Positions 1-11,532 of a stretch of 64,000 nt of DNA are shown one piece after another. Numbering within the stretch: position 1 is the first letter of the stretch; every line of letters starts with the position of its first letter. The DNA lies in the NCBI GenBank assembly GCA_051546255.1, contig CP128816.1:434001-498000 (forward strand), read 5' to 3'. The notes under the pieces were generated by a model. It ran no database searches and had not been told where the DNA came from. It saw only the letters and a program-made list of their open reading frames with translations. The position numbers and the translations under genes were made by a program. Source of the stretch: Meyerozyma guilliermondii. Its lineage: Eukaryota.

Positions 1-1493
1 TCTCCAGTAAGTTCCTGAGGAAAACCAGGAATGATATCCACGCCAGCACCAGTGGCCGAATCTTCAGAATCCGAGGTCGAAACCGATGTGGACCGCTTCA
101 ATGTTGCAGGAGCAGCAATTTTGGATCCGGAAATCTCCTCTGGACCTCCAATCCGACCAAGAATAGCCGATGCTGCAACCACTTCCGGAGATGCAAGGTA
201 TGCCAATGCATCTTTTGAACCCATTCTTCCTTTAAAATTCCGGTTGGTGGCTGAAATTCCCACCTCGCCAGGCTCTAATAATCCTGTTCCAAGCCCAATG
301 CATGGTCCACATCCAGCAGGCAAAGGTTTGGCACCGGCGTCAATGATTGTCTGCCAAGCCCCTGCAGCTTCTGCGTCTTGCTGCACTTGCGACGAAGCTG
401 CAGCAACATAAAATTCGACTCCGTCGGCAATCGTATGGCCACGAACAATGTCTGCAGCCGCTTGGATGTCACTTAAGCGAGAATTGGTGCATGAAACCAA
501 ATATGCCTTGTTGATCTTGATGTCTTGTTGCGCCAAATCATGCAAAGAAGATGCAACTTTGACAGAATTGGGTCCAGATACGCATGGTGAAATAGTGCTG
601 AGATCCACTATCAAATGTTTGGCGTATTTGGCATCGGAATCCGCTGCCATTTCCTTGGCATTTGCAGCCAATTTACCAACTGTGTCAGAATTTATCCGTT
701 CATGCGGCTGCTGCAACCTTTGCATACGTCCCTCGTAAAAATCAATCACCGTCTGATCCACCGGAAATAACCCGGATAATGCCCCCCATTCAGTGGTCAT
801 ATTGGCAATTGTGAGCCGGTAATCGATCGGAAGCGACTTGACCCCATCACCCACAAACTCAATGGCATGGTTCAATACCTCATCTTGATTGAAAACTCCA
901 CAAAGAGCAACAATAACATCTTTACCGGTAACACCCTCGGATAATTCCCCGGTAAATTCCACTTTAGCAACCGGAGGAATCTGCCACCAAGTTTGACCGG
1001 TGGCCCAAATTGCAGCCGCATCGGTCCGCACAATCGGGGTTCCAAGACTTCCGACTCCTCCATACGTATTGGAATGCAGGTCGGATGCCACCGTCAAATT
1101 ATGCGGGAATGCATAACCTTCTTCGATCATAATTTGATGCCCGATTCCACGACCGGCCGGATAAAAATCAATTCCCTGCTCGGTTGCGAATTTTTCAATG
1201 TTGGCATATTTTTTCATATTCGACTCACTCCGGTTCTGAACATCATGATCCAAAGTACATACAACCTGACGGTTATCTTTAACCTTTGTAGCACCGAGTC
1301 CCATAAATTTGGTGGCTACCGGCCATGAATTATCATGTGACATGCAGTGGGCCGGTTTGATGGTTACATAGTCGCCGCTGACAACCTTCTTTCCGGGGGC
1401 CACTCCGACCGCATACTTCTGCACGATCTTCTCGGTTAGATTCTGTCCGCGCAATGCACGCAATCCGGTCGAAAATTGTCGGATGCTCATCAT
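1..1493 (-). CDS. LYS4: Mitochondrial homoaconitase, 3' end runs off the window start
   Basis: Not in the ORF track. Manual translation from ATG 1493 gives [30 protein letters not shown]...[20 protein letters not shown]; the same frame reads GFPQELTG at the window edge. Aconitase-family motifs plus a presequence-like N-terminus. Confidence 0.95.
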   Translation of the reverse strand, partial: MMSIRQFSTGLRALRGQNLTEKIVQKYAVGVAPGKKVVSGDYVTIKPAHCMSHDNSWPVATKFMGLGATKVKDNRQVVCTLDHDVQNRSESNMKKYANIEKFATEQGIDFYPAGRGIGHQIMIEEGYAFPHNLTVASDLHSNTYGGVGSLGTPIVRTDAAAIWATGQTWWQIPPVAKVEFTGELSEGVTGKDVIVALCGVFNQDEVLNHAIEFVGDGVKSLPIDYRLTIANMTTEWGALSGLFPVDQTVIDFYEGRMQRLQQPHERINSDTVGKLAANAKEMAADSDAKYAKHLIVDLSTISPCVSGPNSVKVASSLHDLAQQDIKINKAYLVSCTNSRLSDIQAAADIVRGHTIADGVEFYVAAASSQVQQDAEAAGAWQTIIDAGAKPLPAGCGPCIGLGTGLLEPGEVGISATNRNFKGRMGSKDALAYLASPEVVAASAILGRIGGPEEISGSKIAAPATLKRSTSVSTSDSEDSATGAGVDIIPGFPQELTG

Positions 1494-1609
1494 GAGATGA
1501 GTCAGAACTATCGCGAATCATAGTATTGGCGGGGACCCTGGTTTGTGCAGGATTGATATCCTGCATTTTGATAGTTTATCACCTTCGGTCGCAATATGAT
1601 AGATCAGTT

Positions 1610-2413
1610 ATGTACACTGCAGGCCTTGCATGGATTTTGTCGGTCATTGTTGCGTCATCGTACGTGGTGGCAATCCGATGGCGCGTTCCTGGTAGTATAG
1701 GTGCTCTTCCTCGGGATCATCCCTCGGTTATACGATTCCGGTTTTATCGAGTATCAATTTTATGCATGTCTCTCTTAACAGGACTTCCTTGCATATTGAC
1801 AGCTACAGGTGCATACACCAGTATAAAAGAGGTATTTTCAGCATTCTATTTCAAACCCAATGGTATACCGTCTGCCCTCATTCTCCTGCTCGTGCTCTAC
1901 TGTGGTCCAATTGCAAATTACATCTATATTACAAGGCTTCAGGATTTAGGCCCAGACACCATATCCACATTTTTCACCCTCGATGGATTGCGAGATCACG
2001 TGTTCGCCCCGGTGACGGAAGAGGTAATATATCGTTCGATGATTATGGCATGCTTACTTCCGGTGGTGGGCCCAAATTCAAGTATATTGTTCTCGCCACT
2101 ATTGTTTGGCATAGCGCATATTCATCATGCATACGAATTGATAATTGGTGGACTGCTGCCATTGTCGGTTGCAGTGCCAACCGGGTTCCAGATCCTGTAT
2201 ACAACCCTCTTTGGCGTCGCGGCCGCGAAAATGTTTGTGGGGTCGCGAAGTGTGTGGTGTCTGGTTGTGCTTCATATGGTCTGCAATGTAGGAGGAATTC
2301 CTGGTCCGCCAACAGGTGGAAATACTTGGAAATTTGTGTACGTTTTCTTGTGTATTGCGGGACTTGGTGTGTTTATTTGGGAAACCTGCAAATGCAAATT
2401 GCAAATATTATAA
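1610..2413 (+). CDS. RCE1: CAAX prenyl protease 2 (Abi/CPBP family)
   Basis: APVTEEVIYR, FGIAHIHH and HMVCN catalytic motifs; multiple hydrophobic segments; first ATG at 1610. Confidence 0.9.
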   Translation: MYTAGLAWILSVIVASSYVVAIRWRVPGSIGALPRDHPSVIRFRFYRVSILCMSLLTGLPCILTATGAYTSIKEVFSAFYFKPNGIPSALILLLVLYCGPIANYIYITRLQDLGPDTISTFFTLDGLRDHVFAPVTEEVIYRSMIMACLLPVVGPNSSILFSPLLFGIAHIHHAYELIIGGLLPLSVAVPTGFQILYTTLFGVAAAKMFVGSRSVWCLVVLHMVCNVGGIPGPPTGGNTWKFVYVFLCIAGLGVFIWETCKCKLQIL

Positions 2414-2853
2414 TGGTGGTGTGCCATTGTGTGGGTGTTTGGGTGCGATCCATTGTGTGCTCGGCGTAAATTTGTAAACGGTAGCATTAACCTAATATAG
2501 CACCTACAAGTATTTGGGTTTATTTTTGACCATTGTGAGTGGTGATTTTTGGTGGTTGAGTGATCTGTAGCAACTCTAGCAGACACCAGAAGCTTTATCG
2601 AACATTTTAAAAAAGTTCGGGTGTTTTTAATTCACATATCGCGTCGTCAACTTCCCAAATATCGTCTTTCGGCGCCACTTTACACGTTCTTTTTGTCCCT
2701 TAGCGTGTTTTCTGCCAATAATTTGGTTCTTTGTGGCGTTTGTTTTGTTCCAAAAGTCCCAAAACTCGAGTTGCTGGAGTTTCCTAAACGTCCCTTTCGA
2801 GAAGCCAATTTTACTTTTTGCATTATTCCTAGCATTTGCCCAGCATACATGTC

Positions 2854-5800
2854 ATGTCTTCGAGTCACTATGAATCCGCAGCCAAAGATTTGGAGCAGGA
2901 GAAGAAGATGGTGGCGGCGTTGAAACGTCTTTCCATTGGAAACCGCATGAACTATGACCCCGATCTTCCTCCGGAAGAATCCGATTTTTTGCCGCTGTCT
3001 GAGTGGGAAAAGTCTCCCTCGCCTCCCAAAACGTCGCCGCAAAAACTGCTAAATGAAAATGCGGAAATCAACGAAGTACCGGATAATGTGGATACTCATG
3101 AGCTTCTTTGGGTTCCTGCCAAAATGCACCCGGAAGTGGATCCAGAACTGTTCAAATTGCATGTAAAGAATGCGGTGGAAGAGATCATGGAGCGGAAATT
3201 GACCCGCAAATTGTCTCGTAGGTCTTCCCTTCTGGGCTCTCCAAGCACCGAAATATCCAAAACCTCGGCTCCTTCCACGCCAGAGTCTTCTCAAAATCAA
3301 GATACCTCACCATCACGCTCGGCTACGCATACCGGTTTACCGTCTGACCCCAGGAAACGATTCTCGAATCCTTCTTTGCACCAGCTTTCTTCGGAACTTG
3401 AAAACTTATCTCGAAGGGCCGGAATGGATGCTAACGATGCCGTCACTTTGGCTCGAACTCTTTCCTCTTCTTCTTTGGGCTACACAAACAGTGAGCGTCT
3501 TGCCATTGACGAACTTACGCTGCCTCCCCGTTCTCGTGAGCCTTCTTATCGAGAACCCGGAGCGGAACACGCTGAAGAGTTCCCACTAAAACGCAGCCGA
3601 AGACTCGATTATCGCAAAAATACCGTGGCTTCAGGAACCAGTCTTCAAAATAACAAGGCAGGAAAGCTAGCAGAGCTTCGTAGCAATCTCAATTCGGCTC
3701 TGCAAACCACCGTTCCTAGTCTTCACAGCGACTTTAATGTACCAAAAGTACGCTCAAAGCACAGACGTCCACGCAATAACAGAGACTCCCAAACGCTTTT
3801 TTCGTACAGAAACCCAAACGAAAAGACTGAAAATCCACCACTTGAAGCTCATTCTTCCCAGCGAGTCACCAGCGACTCGCCATATCTGACAGCTTCTTCA
3901 TCCAGTTCAATCGAGAGACACTTTACTCCAACTTATCACCCGCAATATAGACGACTGATTCTGGGGTCTCTGACCTTGCCCTATTCACAGGTTCCTAGCC
4001 CACAGCTTCAACAAACTTCCAAGCATAAACTGCACCGCCGTGGTTCTAATAATGAATATCGTCCTCGCCAGGCACCTCCTCCGCAGCCTCGAGGCCAGCC
4101 AGGAAACCGCCGAGTGCCCACACCTCCCCAGAGTTATCCTCCAGGTTCGTACCAGGGAAAACCAACTCCCCAAGTGACGGTGGTCGATACGGGTTCGCCT
4201 GTCAAAAGTGGACTCAACAAAAACCTCGACCTCTTACGTTCCGAGATAAATGAGTTTAAAGAAAGTCTCAGCACCCGCACCATTCCTGGAACCACAGAGT
4301 CCTCTGATAGCAGCGACAATAACGAGTCGGATTTCAGTTTCGAAGCATCATACCAGGACGTCAGTTACGAGGATTCTCTTGGTATAGAACTGGAGGTTTT
4401 ACGCGAGCTCCAAGCCGAGCGCGAGACTCCACAACCTCCACTGAATCAACCGTTCACGAAACTTTCATCTACGAAACAACCATCTTCTAAGCAACCGTCC
4501 ACGAACCCTCCCACAAATCAACCTTTTACTAAACAACCTTCTACGAACCCACCATCATTCCACGTTCAAGTACCGGCTTCAGCTGTAACATCTGGACGGA
4601 AAGAGACTGGAAACGAATCCAAGAACCTCAATTTGAACCGTCATGATGCAATCACTCCACTGCGTCTGAAAAATGGACAATGGGACAAGACAAGAGCAGA
4701 CACTTTCAATGTTATAACGAGTGGAACGACTGAAACAAACCATTTGGATGAAGATCACGGTGAACAAGCAATTTTGAAGCGTGCTCAGCTGCCTGTCATG
4801 AAGCATTCTGAGCATCCTCAAGATGTCCACTCGCTGCCAGAAAAGGAAAATTTCAGAACACAACCTCACCCAGAAAGCAAAGAACCACAGGCCAACGATC
4901 CCGTAGAGGAGCTCGTGAAAATCTCTGAAGCTGCGCCCAAAAAGAGAACTCTCAAAAAGAAGAAATCTTGGCCATGGATGAGAGATCGGTCTGCCTCGCT
5001 TGACGAAAATACGTCTCCTACTCCTAATCCTCCATCTCGTTCTGTGTCGACACCGGAGATTACAGACAAAGCAAAACGAAACGAGGTGAAAAAGTCTGAT
5101 TCCAAGGAGCTAAAAACTCAGACCAATGACAATCGAAACATGATATCCAAATTGTTCAGGAAAAAGAAGACCGTCAAGCAGAGCTATACTACCAACGGAG
5201 TCACTGTGGACTACGAATCGGATTCGGATTCTGACGACAAGAAACTGTTGTCGAAAAAGAAGAAGAGTGCAAAGAAAAAGCTCTACACCAACTTGTTACA
5301 GCTGACTTCGAGTACCTTGTTGAGCGAAGATGAACAAAGCCATGGAGTTCTACAGAAACAAACTTCTCGTGGAAGCCAAAGAAGTGATAACAGCGAAAAC
5401 ATAGCAACTATTCACGAGGTTCAGCCGGAAACTCCCAAACACAAGCACAAAAAGGCTGAAGTCAAAGAGTCAAAATCCAAGGAATCAGATGAAAATCAGG
5501 CCAAATTTGACAATTTGGATGAAGAACCCTTGCAGTCTCTGACTCCCACAAAGAAGTCAAAAGATAAAAAGGATACAAAGAGTCTTAAAGACGCAAAAGA
5601 CTCAGACAGAGAAGTACCAAGCAGATCACAAACTACGTTAGATGTCCAGGAGAAGATCAAAAAATCGATCAAACGAACCTCCAAAGCTAATCAACCAATT
5701 GAGTTCACGGACTCAGCTTTCGGATTTCCTCTTCCACCGCCTTCCCAATCCACTTTGGTGATGCTAGACTACAGGTTTCCCGTTCATGTTGAACGAGCCA

Positions 5801-6039
5801 TCTACAGATTGTCTCATCTTAAATTAGCCAACCCCAAACGGTCGCTTGCGGAACAAGTATTGCTTTCCAATTTTATGTATGCGTACCTCAACTTGGTGGA
5901 TCATACGTTACATTTGGAAATGGCTGAGGAACTGCAAGGAGAAATTGATTTGGAACTAGGAAAAGAACCGGAAAAGCTTGAATCGGATGATGTGGATGAC
6001 GACACGGTGATGATTGATCTAGATGTTGTGGACGGGTGA
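2854..6039 (+). CDS. ZDS1: Zds1/Zds2-family PP2A-Cdc55 regulator
   Basis: LLWVPAKMHPEV motif and C-terminal Zds_C domain DYRFPVHVERAIYRLSHLKLANPKRSL...LLSNFMYAYL; first ATG at 2854. Confidence 0.9.
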   Translation: MSSSHYESAAKDLEQEKKMVAALKRLSIGNRMNYDPDLPPEESDFLPLSEWEKSPSPPKTSPQKLLNENAEINEVPDNVDTHELLWVPAKMHPEVDPELFKLHVKNAVEEIMERKLTRKLSRRSSLLGSPSTEISKTSAPSTPESSQNQDTSPSRSATHTGLPSDPRKRFSNPSLHQLSSELENLSRRAGMDANDAVTLARTLSSSSLGYTNSERLAIDELTLPPRSREPSYREPGAEHAEEFPLKRSRRLDYRKNTVASGTSLQNNKAGKLAELRSNLNSALQTTVPSLHSDFNVPKVRSKHRRPRNNRDSQTLFSYRNPNEKTENPPLEAHSSQRVTSDSPYLTASSSSSIERHFTPTYHPQYRRLILGSLTLPYSQVPSPQLQQTSKHKLHRRGSNNEYRPRQAPPPQPRGQPGNRRVPTPPQSYPPGSYQGKPTPQVTVVDTGSPVKSGLNKNLDLLRSEINEFKESLSTRTIPGTTESSDSSDNNESDFSFEASYQDVSYEDSLGIELEVLRELQAERETPQPPLNQPFTKLSSTKQPSSKQPSTNPPTNQPFTKQPSTNPPSFHVQVPASAVTSGRKETGNESKNLNLNRHDAITPLRLKNGQWDKTRADTFNVITSGTTETNHLDEDHGEQAILKRAQLPVMKHSEHPQDVHSLPEKENFRTQPHPESKEPQANDPVEELVKISEAAPKKRTLKKKKSWPWMRDRSASLDENTSPTPNPPSRSVSTPEITDKAKRNEVKKSDSKELKTQTNDNRNMISKLFRKKKTVKQSYTTNGVTVDYESDSDSDDKKLLSKKKKSAKKKLYTNLLQLTSSTLLSEDEQSHGVLQKQTSRGSQRSDNSENIATIHEVQPETPKHKHKKAEVKESKSKESDENQAKFDNLDEEPLQSLTPTKKSKDKKDTKSLKDAKDSDREVPSRSQTTLDVQEKIKKSIKRTSKANQPIEFTDSAFGFPLPPPSQSTLVMLDYRFPVHVERAIYRLSHLKLANPKRSLAEQVLLSNFMYAYLNLVDHTLHLEMAEELQGEIDLELGKEPEKLESDDVDDDTVMIDLDVVDG

Positions 6040-6523
6040 GAAAACGAAGGAGGAAGCTTTCTGAACAACAAACAGATTTGAGATGGCATTATAATGTTGA
6101 AATTGATAGGAAGTTCAAAGATAAAGATTTGAATGAGCTACTCGAAAACAGCTAAATGAAGAAAATTGAACCGAATTTTCAATGAAGAGACTTGACTGAA
6201 GTTTAATTGAACACAATTAGATGAAGGGAATTGAAACTGAGGTTTAAAGAAGAAACTTGAAAAAGAACTTTAAAGGAACATGATCACATTTTAAACATTG
6301 GCTGAAGTCATTTACACATGTAAAATGGCGGTTACTCAAAATAGGGGTGCTACTGATATTGAACACTGCCCAACAAAAGTGGCTTACAATTCCATCTTAT
6401 ACCTTCCGATCCGGACTGTTCCGGTCCCCACCATAGCCGAACCCTGTCGCGTGTATGCAGGCGCGGCAACAAAAAGAAACGCATCGGGTGATATCTGTTT
6501 AGCTATCTAATACATTCTTTACC

Positions 6524-7660
6524 ATGTCTCCTAATTTGCCCTTAATATCGTCTTCGTCGTTTGCGAAGCACAACAAGGCGTGGGACTGCTGGGTAACTCT
6601 CCACAATAGAAAAGTTTACAATGTTACTGGTTTTCTTGACTCTCATCCTGGAGGCGGTGATGTGATTTTGCCATATGCTGGCAAAGATATAACCGAGATT
6701 ATGGCGGATATTTCTTCTCACGAGCACAGCGAAAGCGCCTACGAAATGTTGGACGAAGATATGTTGGTTGGGTATCTTGCAACTCCGGAAGAAGAGGAAG
6801 AAATGCTCAATAACAGACACAAGACTCCAGTTGAAGTCAAGCTTGTAGATGGAAAAGATGAGTATGACATGTACGAGTTCCACGACAAACTCCCTGCTAT
6901 GGAGCAGCTTTCGATCCAGACCGACTATGATGCCGATGTGAAAAAGCACCAATTTCTCGACTTGAAAAAACCATTATTACCCCAGATGCTCAACGCCAAA
7001 TTCTCCAAAGAGTTCTATTTGGACCAGGTCCACCGTCCCCGTCACTATGGAAACGGCTCGGCACCTTTGTTTGGCAATTTCTTGGAGCCTTTGTCGTTGA
7101 CTCCATGGTGGGTTGTTCCGCTAGTTTGGCTTCCTCCCAACATGTACATTTTCTACGTGGGGTTTGCCAACCAAAGTCCCATAATCTCACTTAGTTTCTG
7201 GGCTTTCGGATTGTTTGTGTGGACATTTGTCGAATACTGTCTTCACCGCTTCTTGTTCCACTTGGATGCCTACTTGCCTGACCATCCATACGCACTCACC
7301 CTTCATTTCTTGCTCCACGGCGTCCACCATTATTTGCCCATGGACGGTTACCGGTTGGTGCTTCCCCCCACATTATTTGTGGTGTTAGCTTACCCATTCT
7401 ACCGTTTAATTTTTGCCATTTTTCCATTCTACATGGCATGCTCGGGTTTTGCCGGAGGAACCTTGGGTTATATCATGTACGATGTTACCCATTACTTGCT
7501 CCACCACACCCGTCTTCCTCGGTACCTCCAGGAAGTCAAAAAGTACCACTTGGAGCATCACTACAAGAACTATGAAATGGGGTTTGGAGTCACCAGTAAG
7601 TTTTGGGATGTGATTTTCGACACCACCATCGATGATACTATTCATCCAAGAACTCGTTAA
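6524..7660 (+). CDS. SCS7: Sphingolipid fatty acid alpha-hydroxylase
   Basis: N-terminal cytochrome b5 domain (HPGG) and histidine boxes HRFLFH, HGVHH, HYLLHH, HLEHH. Confidence 0.95.
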   Translation: MSPNLPLISSSSFAKHNKAWDCWVTLHNRKVYNVTGFLDSHPGGGDVILPYAGKDITEIMADISSHEHSESAYEMLDEDMLVGYLATPEEEEEMLNNRHKTPVEVKLVDGKDEYDMYEFHDKLPAMEQLSIQTDYDADVKKHQFLDLKKPLLPQMLNAKFSKEFYLDQVHRPRHYGNGSAPLFGNFLEPLSLTPWWVVPLVWLPPNMYIFYVGFANQSPIISLSFWAFGLFVWTFVEYCLHRFLFHLDAYLPDHPYALTLHFLLHGVHHYLPMDGYRLVLPPTLFVVLAYPFYRLIFAIFPFYMACSGFAGGTLGYIMYDVTHYLLHHTRLPRYLQEVKKYHLEHHYKNYEMGFGVTSKFWDVIFDTTIDDTIHPRTR

Positions 7661-7738
7661 TGTATATACGAAAGGGATCGTGTTAGGTTAATATCTGTGC
7701 CGTGATATACGATAATAAAGATTATTTTGTTAAAGAGT

Positions 7739-8929
7739 TCACTCCAAGTAATCGTCTGGAGTGATTCCCACACCTCCATGCTCTATGGCCAAGCGTCGAG
7801 TTTCCTCACTATTTTCGCCTTCAATGCGATACTGCAGTTTCTTTTCAACTGCTCTGTCCCACTTTAAACTGGCGTAGGTTTTTCTTATATTCTGGTGATT
7901 TAGAAAGAGCTTCTTTTTGGTTTCGAAGAATTGTTTTTCCACTTGTCTTTTTTTTTCAATCTTGGCCAATCTTTTGTAGTAAGCTGGGACTGCTTCCATG
8001 TTTCTGAGTCTCTCGAGGTGCTGCTGGTGAAAAGAGATAAAGCTCTGTGAACCTGAAACCGAGGGACAGTCGGTCGGTGAATTTGGTGAATTTGGTGAGT
8101 CTGATGAACTTGTCTCTGAGTCTGATGAACTTGTCTCTGAGTTTGATGAACTTGTCTCTGAGTTTTGTGAGCTTGCCTCCTCGATCTCGTTCATTTCCTG
8201 GTCGCTTAGCTCGTCCAGGTCGTTTTCTATTCGTTCTTCAAAATCAGATTCGTATTCATAGCTGTAATTAGTATCCTCAAAAAGCAGTTCACATCTACCA
8301 TGGAGGTCGGGAGAAATTTCGCGAGTATTGCTGGCACACAACAAAACGTCCTGCCAGTTCAAGAGGCGGACGGGAGCAGCAGATTTGTCGCTGGAAAGAT
8401 TTCGGCGTTCCACGATGTCTGCCATCGACTCCAAAACGTCGTCCAAATTATTGGCAATTTCAATGCAAAGTTTGCCCACGACCGCAGAACTGATTTCTGA
8501 AGACGGAACTCCATCCAGATTCCGAGCATGGATCACACTGTGTATTCGATGGTCCACTAAAGCCTTTATTTCTGCCATCAAACTGGTGCGAGAGTCAGAC
8601 CGTTTTTGTGTGGTACTAAAGCTTCTTATTCGGTACTTTGACACATCCTCGCTCGGCTCCAGCACACCACGAGGGCCCGAGTGTCTCAAATATCGCCTGG
8701 TTTGGCTTTCATCGTCATTATAAATTGCAATTGGTTGATCTGAATAGGTGAACAAGTTGCGAGGGTCCGGAACTTCAGAATACGGGAGCGGCCAGTTCAG
8801 CCAATTTCGGCGTGGAAAATAGGGATTTATGGCATGCAAGAGGTGCGTGGAGTAGAGGTGGACCGCCAAATCCTGTCGAAACTCGTCCTCAATGGACTCT
8901 AGAATCAAGTCCCGTTCTTTCTTGGACAT
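7739..8929 (-). CDS. RRN9: RNA polymerase I upstream activation factor subunit
   Basis: N-terminal DLAVHLYSTHLL...W(S)NWP resembles the Rrn9 domain; position between SCS7 and URA5 matches Saccharomyces gene order. Confidence 0.75.
   Translation of the reverse strand: MSKKERDLILESIEDEFRQDLAVHLYSTHLLHAINPYFPRRNWLNWPLPYSEVPDPRNLFTYSDQPIAIYNDDESQTRRYLRHSGPRGVLEPSEDVSKYRIRSFSTTQKRSDSRTSLMAEIKALVDHRIHSVIHARNLDGVPSSEISSAVVGKLCIEIANNLDDVLESMADIVERRNLSSDKSAAPVRLLNWQDVLLCASNTREISPDLHGRCELLFEDTNYSYEYESDFEERIENDLDELSDQEMNEIEEASSQNSETSSSNSETSSSDSETSSSDSPNSPNSPTDCPSVSGSQSFISFHQQHLERLRNMEAVPAYYKRLAKIEKKRQVEKQFFETKKKLFLNHQNIRKTYASLKWDRAVEKKLQYRIEGENSEETRRLAIEHGGVGITPDDYLE
8076..8180. repeat. Coding tandem repeats in RRN9: 21-bp unit x3 plus a degenerate copy, and a 9-bp unit x2-3
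   Basis: GAGTCTGATGAACTTGTCTCT-type units at 8097, 8118 and 8139 (SETSSS[DN]); GGTGAATTT at 8076 and 8085 (SPN). Confidence 0.9.
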
Positions 8930-9565
8930 GAGATGACAAGCCCAAACACCGGATGAGAAAGTGAAAATGCTGAGAATGGTTGCGAAAAGATAAAAGAATA
9001 GTAGGGATCAAGGATAAAGGATGAGAGGATAAAAATTTTAGTGGGTGATTTGGGTGACTTGGGTTGTGCTGATGGTCAGGGTGGTTACATCTCGAAATAT
9101 TACAATTACAGAATATTGCGACATTTTGCATAAAATAGGTTGAAGTGCAAAATTGTCCAAAATTGCAAATTATGATAGTAATTTTCTGTCATGTCAGACT
9201 TCCTCTGAGACAATGAATCAGCAACTACCCCAATTTATACTCCAAGTCTTTTATCTGGTCCAAGTCCTTCCACATTAGGTATTTCAACTATTTGCAGCCA
9301 TTATTAGAAGACAAGAAAGTGGATCAAAGAAAAATTAAGGAGAATGGTTCAACTGGCAAGGATCTTCTACTAGTCGAAGCCAATGGATATAACCACTTGC
9401 TCTCAGCTCACAATTCAGTCAGAATCAATCACCACTAGTGTCCATTATTGTATAACATTCCACAAAAAAATATCAACATAACCAATTATAATATTTTCCC
9501 AGATAATAGCGAGACGATGAATCCACCACTTTCACAAAAACCAAATCTCCACTTGTCTCCACTAA

Positions 9566-10372
<807 letters not shown>

Positions 10373-10575
10373 AGAAAAGAGATTAGGCGGAAAAGTAGAG
10401 ATTAAGCGGGTTAATTACAAATGAAGAGAGTCTTCAACTTAGTCAATATTATGAGTGCTTGACCAGGTGCCTAGTAGCTAATATAATACAGTCAGTGAAT
10501 GTGACAAGAAACACCATGCCTAATATGAGCTCAGTTGTCTTTAAGCTCCATCTTCCTCTCTTTTTTCTTCTCGTC

Positions 10576-11379
10576 TCATCCCCTGATCTTCATCACCTTC
10601 TTCTTGGGCTGCTTTGGAGCAGCGGGAATCTTGGGCTGTTCGGGTTCAGGGTCATAGATCGTCTTGGTCATAGGATGCTTCAACGTGACTCTCGAGTGAA
10701 CGGGAACAATGGTGTTCATCTTGAAACCCTTCACACGAGGAAGTTTTTCCGGCACAAACCCATCGAATTCTTGAGGCCAAGGAACTCCATTATTCTTACT
10801 GATACTATCCAAAGTGGTTGGATGCGACGCAAGGTACTCGGCGATGCTGTTGAGCAAGCTCCGTTTCGTCTGGTACTTGGGATCGGACAATTGCCCGCCA
10901 TTACTGTTGTCTTTGATGAGCACTCTTACCCGTCCAGGGTTCCCAAAATCTTGAGGATGAGACTTATCCAACTCCAAAATCACCGGCAAGTTGAACGAGC
11001 GACACGCATCGGAAATGGTCTTTGCTAGTGGATTTTCCACCGCCCGCGATTCACTGACTCGCCGTCCTTCTTTGTGCGATCGATTTTTGTCGAAATAACA
11101 AGGATAAACGATCTGAAACCGCTTCAAATGCTCCCGTTCTTCCTGGGAGAACTTCGCTGGGTCAATAACATTCTTCTGGGCTTCTGCCTGGGCAAGTGTC
11201 TGGGTCCTGGGTGTACTGGGAGCTCCTGGAAAAAGCGGAGGTTCTTGGTCCTGCGACCTAACCACAGTTGGTGCCGCACGGGCTGGAGCTAATGGAGTTC
11301 TGAGGGTTGGATCGAACTCTGCGATGTCCATATCCATGTTGTCGACATCGTCGACTTCTTCTAGGACGGGTCTTGACAT
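10576..11379 (-). CDS. SEC65: Signal recognition particle subunit (SRP19 family)
   Basis: [19 protein letters not shown] and [18 protein letters not shown]19 motifs. Confidence 0.95.
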   Translation of the reverse strand: MSRPVLEEVDDVDNMDMDIAEFDPTLRTPLAPARAAPTVVRSQDQEPPLFPGAPSTPRTQTLAQAEAQKNVIDPAKFSQEEREHLKRFQIVYPCYFDKNRSHKEGRRVSESRAVENPLAKTISDACRSFNLPVILELDKSHPQDFGNPGRVRVLIKDNSNGGQLSDPKYQTKRSLLNSIAEYLASHPTTLDSISKNNGVPWPQEFDGFVPEKLPRVKGFKMNTIVPVHSRVTLKHPMTKTIYDPEPEQPKIPAAPKQPKKKVMKIRG

Positions 11380-11532
11380 TTTAATTGGACTTCTCTCAAC
11401 TAAAGTGTTGAAGAGTTCGAATGCGAATTCGCGAAATGGACTATGGCGCGGTGCACGGGTGCAATACTACAATTAAGCTCCACAGTAAATCCATTACCTT
11501 CACTTCATCTTACTTTCACCAAATTCACTTTT

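Noticed and set aside
31..1328. Plus-strand ORFs 31-411, 448-738 and 993-1328
   Set aside because: Antisense shadows of the LYS4 coding frame.
1762..2469. 235-aa alternative-frame ORF inside RCE1
   Set aside because: No recognisable motifs; overlaps a well-supported gene on the same strand.
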